A stretch of DNA of 64,000 nucleotides from Podarcis cretensis (Eukaryota): the NCBI GenBank assembly GCA_951804945.1, contig OX638153.1, positions 56,730,001 to 56,794,000 on the forward strand. Direction: 5' to 3'. The translations under genes were made by a program, and so were the position numbers. A model generated the notes under the pieces. It made no database searches. It saw only the letters and a program-made list of their open reading frames with translations, and had not been told where the DNA came from. Of the stretch, positions 53,820 to 64,000 are shown piece after piece. Position 1 is the first letter of the stretch, and each line of letters begins with the position of its first letter.

Positions 53820-54593
53820 CCGTATTTTTTGCCCCATAGGATGCACTTTTTCCCCTCCAAAAATGAAGGGGAAATGTGTGTGCGTCCTATGGGGCGAATG
53901 CAGGCTTTTGCTGAAGCCTGGAGAGCGAGAGGCATCGGTGCGCACCAACCCCTCTCGCTCTCCAGGCTTCAGGAAGCTATCCACAAGCCTTGCAAGCCCG
54001 GTGGGAGTTCCTGCGGGCTCACAAGGCTTGCGGGCAGCAGCCTGCAGCCCCGGCGAGTGTCCACAAGCCTTGCGCGCCCGGCGGAAGGTACTGCCGAGCG
54101 CGCGAGGCTTGGGGCAGCAGCCTGCCGCCCGAAGCACGGTGAGCCCTCCGGAGGGCTCACCGTGCTTCGGGCGAGTGTCCGCAAGCCTTGCGCGCCCGGT
54201 GGGAGGTCCTGCCGGGCGCGCGAGGCTTGGGGCGGCAGCCTGAAGCACGTGGAGCCCTCCGGAGGGTGCCCCATGCTTCGGGCAGGTGTGCGCAAGGCTT
54301 GGGGCGGCAGCCGCGGCTGGGGGGGGGGGGAATAAATTTTTTTTATTCATTCCCCCCCCCCCAAAAAAACCGCAAGCTCCGGGGACAGCTGGGAGGCGCA
54401 GCGCGTCTTCCCGCTGTCCCCGGACCTGGTCTGAAGGCGGGCGGCGGGGAGAAGAGCGCTTCTCCCCGCTGCCGGCCCCACAAGCGCCTGGGGGGGGGGG
54501 AAATAATTTTTTTCCCCTTTATTCCCCCCCCCCCCAAAAAAAAAACTTGGTGCGTCTTATGGGCCAGTACGTCCTATGGGGCAAAAAATACGG
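53820..54593. mobile_element. Tc1/mariner-superfamily (Tc2/pogo-like) non-autonomous element, 774 bp, GC-rich interior
   Basis: Perfect 22-bp TIR CCGTATTTTTTGCCCCATAGGA, TA target duplication on both sides, and subterminal TGCGTC(C/T)TATGG repeats. Confidence 0.88.
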
Positions 54594-55226
54594 TACATTT
54601 CATCCCAGATGATGTACTTCCAGTGACCTGCAGGCCCCTTCTGATGGACAAATGTTCTGATCAGTCACCTAGAGACTAGTAGTGAGCAGGGTCAAATAAT
54701 GCAATTTTTACTTTTGTACAGTTTGCTAATTTCTACACACATCCCTCTAGCCTCCATCCAGGGAATCAAAAGAAGCATTGTTCAAGAGTACAAAGCACAG
54801 CCACTAGAATATGGCTGCGGTAGGCTTGTGGCCTGAGAAGACTTGCAAAGGCCAAGCAGAGAGGCCCAGATGACTGCATTAGGCTTTCAGGCCTGTGGTT
54901 CCCCACCCCCATTTTAAAGATGTGACTAACTGGCTTCCCTGAAACACTGATTTCTATACATACAACCCTCTTAAAAATCCAGTTGTAAACTTGACAAAGA
55001 ATTACACCATTTCTGGAATTATGTAAGTGGAAATCTTCCACAAGTAGTATTTAACAGCCTCACTTTTTTTCCTTTAAAATCATGATTGTCTCATTTGCTT
55101 TGTCTTTGAAGATAAAAGCTTGTAGTATAAGGGCTGCTTTTGCTGGAACTACAGAATATAGGTTCAGACGGGTAAAAACAAGGCCCTTGTGAGCAAATGA
55201 AACTGAAAGACAGGCACAAAATAGAT

Positions 55227-55232
55227 TTTATT
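55227..55232 (-). terminator. Probable TAF5 poly(A) signal
   Basis: AATAAA on the minus strand ~930 nt after the TAF5 stop, followed by GU-rich sequence. Confidence 0.55.
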
Positions 55233-56159
55233 ATAAAATATCAAAAGTATAAAACTGTACATAATGCAAAACCATGGCAGTATGTTTTTAAACTAATGGA
55301 TCCATACTAGTTTTCAACAAATTGTGTATAGCTGTGGCACAATTTTTCACAGAAAGCATAAATGACACTTATGCTTTGTCATTATAGAAAGGGCTCAAAA
55401 AGTATTTCTCCCCCTGGCAAATACTTAAGGGGGGGTGAATCAAGATTCTTGTGGTGGGAGGTTGGTCTACTTTTTGTATCCAAAATAGTTAGGAACGCAA
55501 AAATTCAGTTTTAAAGGTTTCAAGTATTGTTTGCGTTTCCTAAAATGCCGCTTACTGGTAATTGAAGTTTTAGAAATGTTCAATCTTGTTCAATTTGTGC
55601 TTTTCAGCTTTGAAGAAACTAGGTTACTGACATAAGTCAGATAACTACTTAGGCCTCTTCACAGCTTTATAAAGAAGTAACAGCTCCATAGAGACAAATT
55701 CCACTCTTGAAGAACTTATATGAACAAGCCTTATTCCGAAAGAAAATTTTGGGTACTTATTAAACCTGTGTTAATGCCAAACTAAGTGCTTTTAAATTGT
55801 TGTTCAAACAACTTTGCTTTATGCAACTGGCACTAGTTTTGTAGTGCCTGTTGTCATTTTGTGGACAAGGTTAAGCAAGGTATTCCCACATACTGTTTAC
55901 TTCTTTTAAAAAGCCATACCACATATGTTTCTTCTCCTATTTTTATGATGTCAATGTCTCAGCACTAACACTGGGGTTGGGGTGGGGTTTAAAATAGCAG
56001 TTTCTGAAGGTGTGGCTTGAATCATCATCAGTTTGCACCATTTGTTCTGGCAGACAAGTTCAGTTCATTTGTATAATATGTACATTGTGGTCTTCATTAA
56101 TTCAAGTTATTCTAAAATATACATGAGACTTGTACAATCAAGTCTTGTAGTTTGGTAGT

Positions 56160-59100
56160 TCACTGAGGACTGTATGCTCCAGCGGCAAGAAGCAAATTTC
56201 TGCGGGTAAAATGAAGATGTGTGACAGGGGTCGATTTGGACATGTATGTACCCAACAGCAAGTCTTGAGAGCTTTCAGGCAGGTTTATATGTCCAGTGGC
56301 TGTGGTAAAATCATCTGTTTCTAAGTCCTCAAAGGCTTTCACAGCATCCCATAGCTTTACCGTGTTATCCATGGAACCTAGGAAAAATGAAAACAACTCT
56401 TCTAATTTAACAGGACATAACATTTAATTCTGAATATAAAGAAAAATTTCTGCTATACATCACAACCCATTCGTCAAGCTGAGGATCTACAAAACTACTA
56501 ATCACATCTTATATTCACTGCTAAGTACTCTGTAGTAGTTAATAGCCTTTCAAAGATAAAGCCTTTTCAAAAATCCTTCAACCTACTTACAGGGAGGAGA
56601 GGAAGTCCTAATGCATGAGTCGGAACCCCTTTCACTCATGCATGGACTCGGTAGAATATGACCCAATGTTTCTAAAATTCTGGTAACAGGACAGAAAATG
56701 CAGGTCCCCCTCTCACAATTTATAGTTTAAAAGATATAAGCTGAAACCCTCGTAATAGTAAAAAATAAATGGAATTATAATTAAGTTATATTTGTATTAT
56801 ATAGTATGAAATCCCTTCACTGGATAGATTGGGGGCTGATGCTAATAAAATTACAGTGGGGGAGCATGAATAAGCAGGAAGGCAAAACGTCTAAACCCAT
56901 TTACTTTTTCAAAAAGACCCACTCCTTGTTCATAACAGGTAAAAAAAAAAAAAACCAAATTCTGAGGGGGAAAATATTTAAAGTATTCTGCAAAGCCTGC
57001 TCGAATTTAGCATGCCCACTTTGGTAAATACATAAATAGTAGCTTTGCTTCAAAAGGTATATAATTGCATAAAAGGAAGTTCGGGCCTGGCCTATTAGCC
57101 TCAGGTGGTGGATGCTGGGGGATGCAGTGTAGAAGCAGACAAAGCTGTGTGCCATGCGGCCTCTCCTGCAGCCCCCAAGCTATCTGGCTTCCCACAGGTG
57201 CAGTACACGATACCTCCCCTCACCATTTGCAAGTCATGTCTGCTTCTATACATGGAAAGTTGGGTGTGGCATCATCTTGTCCTTTAGGTTCAGTTTTTCT
57301 AGTTAACAGACAATGCTAGCAAATTAAAGTATTAAATGAATATGCTTTAACAATTGCTCACTAAATGGAAGACTGAGATGTCAAAATAGAGACAAGTCTA
57401 TGATTCCAGATGATAGTATTGTTCCACTAAACAGAGCAAAATTGACTTCAATACCTGATGCCAAGATCTCTCCATCTCTACTGAATCTGAGTGTGTAGAC
57501 TGTGTCTGTGTGTCCTTTTAATTCTCCAACCATCAAACCATGCCCAATATCCCACAAAAGCACTCTTCCATCTGTTGCCCCAGTTGCCAAGAATCTTCCG
57601 TTAGGAGAAAATGCCAATGAATGAACTGGTCCCTGGAACAAAAATAAGCCTATTAACAACACCACTTATGCATCACCTTCTACAAGAAGCCTCAAGGTAA
57701 ATTACACTAGAAATGATAACAATTCAAAGCTACAGAAAATCCTATATATAAAATCCAAAAACAAAACCGTCAACAGTATGCCTTGTTTTACTTAGCAAGT
57801 ACCCTTCAAATAAATAATGTCATTTCAGAGCACTCTGCACCACGTCTTCTGAGGCGACCTCTTACTTCCCAGTGGGAAGTTAAAAGATAGGTTGTGGTCC
57901 TATGGAGAAACAGTATCTATTCAAAAGGAAACTCTGAACAACAGGTCAGTTTTTAACTAATTTCTAGTACTGTGTGCAAAGGTTTCAGCCATCTCCTGTT
58001 ACCATTTTTGTGCAACTAATGTGTTTCAGTGTTAATCTCACATTAATTTACCTTATGTCCTGTGAAAATTCTGACACAATTCCCATTCAGGACATCCCAC
58101 AGCCGCACAGTCCTATCTGCTGAGCCTGTAGCAATGTAGTTGGAGTTTGGGTGAAAACGCGTCGATGTGACATCAGCAAGATGGCCAGCAAAGATCCGCA
58201 AAGGCTGGTAGTGATCCGTAGCCCACAAGCTTAAACCAGTACAAAGAACATTTCAAAAATGTGAAACAAGAAATACATAACAAGACTGCTGATGTCCTGA
58301 CGGCAAGGGAATGTGTGCTTCGCAAGTGCCTCCAAACTAAGCTGAAGAGTCAAGAGAGATGGGGGGTGGGGGGGCAAATTTAATTCTCCCTCTAGTGTAA
58401 AGGTAAAGGTACCCCTGCCCGTACGGGCCAGTCTTGACAGACTCTGGGGTTGTGCGCCCATCTCACTTAAGAGGCCAGGGGCCAGCGCTGTCCGGAGACA
58501 CTTCCGGGTCACGTGGCCAGCGTGACATCGCTGCTCTGGCGAGCCAGAGCCGCACACGGAAACGCCATTTACCTTCCCGCTGGTAAGCGGTCCCTATTTA
58601 TCTACTTGCACCCGGAGGTGCTTTCGAACTGCTAGGTTGGCAGGCGCTGGGACCGAGCAGCGGGAGCGCACCCCGCCGCAGGAATTCGAACCGCCGACCT
58701 TTCGATCGGCAAGTCCTAGGCGCTGAGGCTTTAACCCACAGCGCCACCTGCGTCCCTCTAGTATAAAAACCCTAAATGGCACTTAGTACTATTTTTAGTC
58801 AAATGTCTTATAGGATATATCCTAGAACAGGGATGAGGTACCTTTTTGGCACAGCAGGCCAGACATGCAATGGGGTGTGTGTTTTTGCATGTTGTCCTCC
58901 CCAAAACCTGATGTCTTAATTTTGGGTTTTAAAAAGTAGGGGTTGTCTTATATAAGGGTCGTATAGGCAAAGGTAAAGGGACCCCTGACCGTTAGGTCCA
59001 GTCGTGACCAACTCTGGGGTTGTGGCGCTCATCTCGCTTTATTGGCCGAGGGAGCCGGTGTACAGCTCGTCTGGGTCATGTGGCCAGCATGACTAAGCCG

Positions 59101-62100
59101 CTTCTGGCAAATCAGAGCAGTGCACGGAAACACCGTTTACCTTCCCACTGGAGTAGTACCTATTTATCTACTTGCACTTTGATGTGCTTCCGAACTGCTA
59201 GGTTGGCAAGAGAAGGGTCGTATACCATGTACAAAATAAATTAACTTTGGCCTCAATCATCTAATGTCAGGTGACTGATTGGTGGGTTCACCTATCAAAG
59301 TTAATCTGAGGCAGGGGGAGGGGTCTCCTTCACCAGTGCCATTCTGCTGGGAACATACTGGCAAAGCAACAACTATAAGGACTGAACTCTCCATTCACCA
59401 GCTGATAAGCAAAGAGTTCAGTCCTACTGGCTGAAGGAGTCTGCTTCACCAGCATGTTCCCCACAGGGAACACGGTGGCAAAATAGATCCTTGCAGGATT
59501 GAACCCTACCCCCCCCCTTCATCAGCTGACATCACCCCCTGATATCTGTTGAGATACAAGTGGGTGTTGTTCGGTGGAAAGGACCTTGCAGGCCAAGATT
59601 GGCCTTTGGGTTAGAGGTTCCCTACCCTTGCCCTAAAATATAGCAGACAGCAACAAGGAGATGTCACCAACTGACAAGACAGAACTGCAGATTTACATTG
59701 AGATGGGAAACTCATGCTGACTCTTACCGAGCCACTCTGTCATGACCTCCAGATATAAAGTAATATCCATAGGGAGAGAACTGTGTATCCCATATAGGGT
59801 AGTTGTGTCCTTTGTATCCGACTAGACAAGAAAAGGTTAAGAGGCTCCACAGTCTGATAGTGCCATCCTCTGAAGATGATAGCAAGTAGTTCCTGACAGA
59901 AAAAATAAATCAGAAAAGGTATTTTTTAAGCTATACTCAATCTTAAACCTCTCAATAACACATTTCAAGACATCAAAGCTTTTAATACACTTCAGGAGAG
60001 TATTATCCCCATTTTGCATTTAAGAAGCTAAAAGAATAAGATCACAGCTGAGATGACACAGGAACTAAGGATTTCTTATGTTTACATCCTCTTAGCCATC
60101 ACACTGATTGGTTACTGTTTGATGCTTGGCTGACGCCTGATTTGTTTTTAAGAATTAAAATTTAACAATATAACCTCAAAATTATAAACTACTAGGTTGT
60201 ATCCAACACTGCCTGTAGCCCCCACCCTCCACACACCCTCAAACTGCTCTGGAGAATTACAGGCTTGTCCAGAGATGATGGAGGGCTTTTGGAGGGAAGG
60301 GTAAGGTAGCTGAAGCCCAATTACATGAGCTCAAGTCCACTCACTCAACATGGGATGCTGCCCACTTTAAAACATGCTCCTCAGAATGTTATCCCCCTTG
60401 TTTCTTAGAAGTTATTTCATATTCATGTTTTCCATACAATATTTTTAAAACAGTGATATAATATGAAATATAGAACACTCATCTATTCATGTGCATGTGA
60501 AGATCTATTGCCCCATATATAATTACTAGTTTAAAATATGTGAAAAGCCTCTTTAAAGCTTGATCATGCTTTAAAGAAATAAAACCATTATTTTGACAGG
60601 TATATATTTCATTGTCCAATACACAAAAACATTTCAGAGACTATAGCTAGAGGTGGGTTTGAGATTCATAGATATTAAGTGGACATTGGCTTAACCCACT
60701 GCACTTTTGTAAACAACAATTGTGCAGTACTGTTTCAATTCTAAGCTTTTTGATATTGTACATAGCTCATCTGAAGGATGGGACCTTCAGATTAAAAATA
60801 TGCTAGTACAGACGGAACATTTCGTGTGGGGGTTCTGTTCCTGGCCTCTGCATGCTTTGGTTGCATAAGCATGCCACACCTCTCGTTCCGTTCTCTTCCA
60901 GGTCCAAAAGGACTCATATGTCGGCAATCACATGTTAACTGGACATGCCTAAAATGTCCACCGCCTGTAGCAGTTTGAGGCTTCTAGCTCATGAGGTTCC
61001 TTCTGATGCTCAACATAAATTACATAGTCCATGGGATCAGGTCTCATTCATCTATCCTGAGGTGGTAGACTCAAATTGTACAAAAGTCTCCAGAAAAATA
61101 CTTTTTGTAAGTGTGGATACTCTGCTTAAAGAATACTGTATTAAGAGATCCCCCCACAAATAACTATTGTTTTACCTATCAGGACTGAAGCTGGTACCAT
61201 AGACAGGTCCACTGTGACCATATAAAATCTTCAACTCACTTGCTGTTCTCTCATCCATGATCCTTTCTAAAACATCATCTGATTCTTTATCTATGAGACT
61301 GAGATCTGAAAAGAAAAAACCCTAAAGTTTATCTTCATGTAGATCGCTAGTAGTGCTTGCCAAAGTGCAAATGCCTTTTTGATTGTATCAGAATACCACC
61401 ATGGCCTAAATCATGATTTTCTGTCAATTTCCAGGATACAGACCAAGATGCCCTCAAAATGTGTTTGTCTATAACCTCCATCAGCTCCAGCCAACAGAGA
61501 TGTGCTGGCTATGCCTGAAGCAAGCTGCAGTCCCAAATATCTGATGGGCATCTGGTTGGGAAAGGCCTTCACTGAAATCTGAAATCTGTGATGCTTATAC
61601 CAGAGTACCAATGGCAACCATTTTGCTAGGCTGACAAGCATAAACACTTTCAATTGTATTTTCTGCTCCATTCCTGGAACCACTTGATTTTTAAAATCTC
61701 TGCATTAGCATATCTTCCTTAGCAAAAACACAGTGTTCTACAATAAGGAAGTAGAATAACACAAAATAAATATTGTCTCATTTCCAAAGTATCACAACAT
61801 CTTCCCTAAATAGAGTATTGATCCTTATGTATAGTTTTCCCCCTGATGTCAGTAGTTATATGTAAAAACAATTTGTATTAATTTGGGTAGGATTGCTATT
61901 CCAATGGAAGGATTTAAACTGAGCAACCTTCCTCCATGTGATCCTCCATCAGAACAGTTAGTGTGTAAATTAGGACGAGAGTTCATTCTGATTACCTGCT
62001 GCTGATTTCACACTGCGTAGCTTTTTGGGTGTCACAGACCACACTCTGACAGTGGAGTCGGCAAAGCCTCCAACGATCATGCTAGAGTCATCTGTAATGT

Positions 62101-63306
62101 CCACTGCTGTAAGGCCCTGTTCATGCAAAAATCACCATTGAAGAAGTTTTATATGTGGGCTGAGAATGTAATCACCACACAGTGTTGTTCCCCGAGAATT
62201 GGCCATCTACCATTAGTTTTGAACACAGAGGTGAGAATTGCCATATTACAAAATTAACTATACTGTATAGCCATTTTTTTAAAAAAAATGTAAAGCAAAT
62301 GTTGCTAAATCTGGGCAGAAGTTTTTTGTTTTTAAAGAAAGGATCCACCTTTTGGCTGGCACTGATTTTTTGTAGTCACCATTTACCCAACCCTCCTGAG
62401 TCCTCTGGAAATGCAGAGGACTTGAGAGAAGGGGAAGAGGTTAATTTTCCACTTTACACCAGTATTTGGAGACACTTGAAATAGTGAGACTCCCTTGCTG
62501 TCCATCTCTGCCTCCCAACCTGAAGTAAGACAAAGCCTTCCTGCCCATGTTTTGTTCAATAAGTGAAAAGCAGAGAAGGGAAAAAATCTTGCTTCATGTG
62601 GGGCAACAACAAGCCATCATTAAAAGTAAAAGATTTGCAGCCACCTATTATTTAAGCAGCCTTCACAAGGCACTTCCACATTTTTGGTATTAACTATGTG
62701 TTATATCCTGACTACAACAAGTGGCCTCCCGGCTCCGCATTAGGCAGGTGGTCTCTGTCCAATTTCCTATGATTCCATCTCCCATTGCAGCCCACAACAC
62801 TTATTTCCACAGCTGTCCTGAGGGCCAGAGGAGAGAGGATGAAAAACCACACTGTGCAAGCAGCATCCCACTCATGCAAAGTCTGGGCACAATCCATTTT
62901 TTAAACTGTGCCAAGATTTGATAGAACAGGTATCTGGGAATGGCTGGATTATACAGCATATGTTTTGCATGCCAAGTTTAACCCTCAACATCTGCAGGTA
63001 GGGCCGGGAGAGAATGGTCTGAAACTGGGGAGCCACCGCTGCAGACAAGCAGTGGAGAATTAAGCCCACCAAGCCTCCCCCGTTTGGTTGAGGCCATTTT
63101 GGCAAAGCCACCTCCAGTTGCCCTCCGTCTAATGTCATACTTTGGTATCACTACCAATCCCACAACTGACCTGGTATGCATTAAGGAATGTGTAGAAACA
63201 AATGGAAGGCAGGCAGTCTGGACCAAGACGTACACGTTTAGTGGCTTCTTTCATATTCATTATTTTGTCCAACTTATCCGAATCCTTTAGCTCAGGAAGC
63301 GGGATT
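56160..63306 (-). CDS. TAF5: TFIID subunit 5, last 7 coding exons (WD40 region); 5' part lies beyond the window
   Basis: Exons 63171-63306, 61996-62116, 61176-61305, 59728-59892, 58052-58229, 57455-57632 and 56160-56377 are phase-consistent. Peptides IPLPELKDSDKLDKIMNMKE, LWATDHYQPLRIFAGHLADV and HLHFTRRNLLLAAGAYSPQ*. Confidence 0.96.
58398..58756 (-). mobile_element. Full-length Sauria SINE
   Basis: The reverse complement is nearly identical to 27551-27916. Flanked by TCTAGT on both sides. Confidence 0.9.
58828..59630. mobile_element. Old hAT-type MITE with nested insertions
   Basis: Ends CAGGGATGAGGTACCT / AGGTTCCCTACCCTTG. Degenerate TSD TCCTAGAA / CCCTAAAA. Palindromic interior at 59250-59535. 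Confidence 0.5.
58966..59212 (-). mobile_element. 5'-truncated Sauria SINE (different subfamily)
   Basis: AAAGGTAAAGGGACCCCTG tail. 12-bp TSD AAGGGTCGTATA at 58954-58965 and 59213-59224. Confidence 0.85.
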
Positions 63307-63622
63307 CTGCATACAGAAGAACATACTTAAAACCAAAAACGAAACAAAAGATTCATTGATGCCAGGAAATCACACCTGCACACTGACTGAACAGAGGCCT
63401 AAAAATAACTCAATTTTTGAATGTCTAAGGGGGAAAGAACCCAGAGAACAAGCTCCTTGGGTAGTATTAACTAAAAGATGACAATATTAGGAAAATCATA
63501 ACTCTACCAATTCTTTTACAATATAAGGGAAGTTACTTTTACGAACACCTCCATATTCATAGAGGAAGGTTTTCCTTCAAATGATACAAGCTTTTTACAT
63601 CAGTGCAATGCATCTCCTAATA

Positions 63623-63874
63623 CATGGGTAGGCAAACTAAGGCCCAGGGACTGGATCCGGCCCAATCGCCTTCTAAATCTGGCCCGCGGACAGTCTGGGA
63701 ATCAGCGTGTTTTTACATGAGTAGAATGTGTGATTTTATTTTAAATGCATCTCTAGGTTATTTGTGAGGCATAGGAATTTGTTCATTCCTCCCCACAAAA
63801 AATATAGTCCGACCCCCCACAAGGTATGAGGGACAGTGGACTGGCCCCCTGCTGAAAAAGTTTGCTGACCCCTG
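63623..63874. mobile_element. hAT (Charlie-like) MITE
   Basis: TIRs CATGGGTAGGCAAAC / GTTTGCTGACCCCTG with a perfect 8-bp TSD TCCTAATA. Confidence 0.85.
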
Positions 63875-64000
63875 TCCTAATAGAAATAGAACCTCCAAAA
63901 CATTTTTTAAGAATCAAATTAACTGAGAAAATGCTTATCAAAATATTGACTATAGTCTAGTTCCTAGATGGTAAACTTTCCTTTGCTCTGTATCACATCA

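Noticed and set aside
53712-54679. Overlapping 108-212 aa ORFs on both strands
   Set aside because: By-products of the GC-rich, stop-poor palindromic interior of a MITE. No transposase or other recognisable domain.
60897-60943. Hammerhead ribozyme (TGAGTCC-TTTT-GGAC on the minus strand)
   Set aside because: It lacks the CUGAUGA and GAAA catalytic boxes.

Overview
Vertebrate nuclear DNA, very probably from a squamate lizard (young Sauria SINE copies). It carries the conserved block CALHM1 - CALHM2 - PDCD11 - ATP5MK - TAF5. Contents in order: the last coding exon of CALHM1 (+); the complete two-coding-exon CALHM2 (+, 319 aa); the complete PDCD11/RRP5 gene (-), traced by hand as 35 coding exons and 1815 aa, including one U12-type minor intron; a compact bidirectional CpG promoter; the 59-aa ATP synthase subunit ATP5MK (+), missed by the ORF track; and the last 7 coding exons of TAF5 (-). 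Most ORFs in the track are intronic or repeat noise. Introns and spacers are dense in mobile elements: Sauria SINEs, other tRNA-derived SINEs, hAT and Tc1/mariner-type MITEs (several nested), a CR1 remnant, a Penelope-like hairpin and a truncated LTR element. The most notable structures are the U12 intron, a 57-bp perfect Penelope hairpin with a hammerhead-like remnant, the LTR/PBS element ending in a fold-back duplication, and a palindrome-packed MITE. I found no evidence of a wholly new protein-coding system. Gene and family names come from recall, not database searches.
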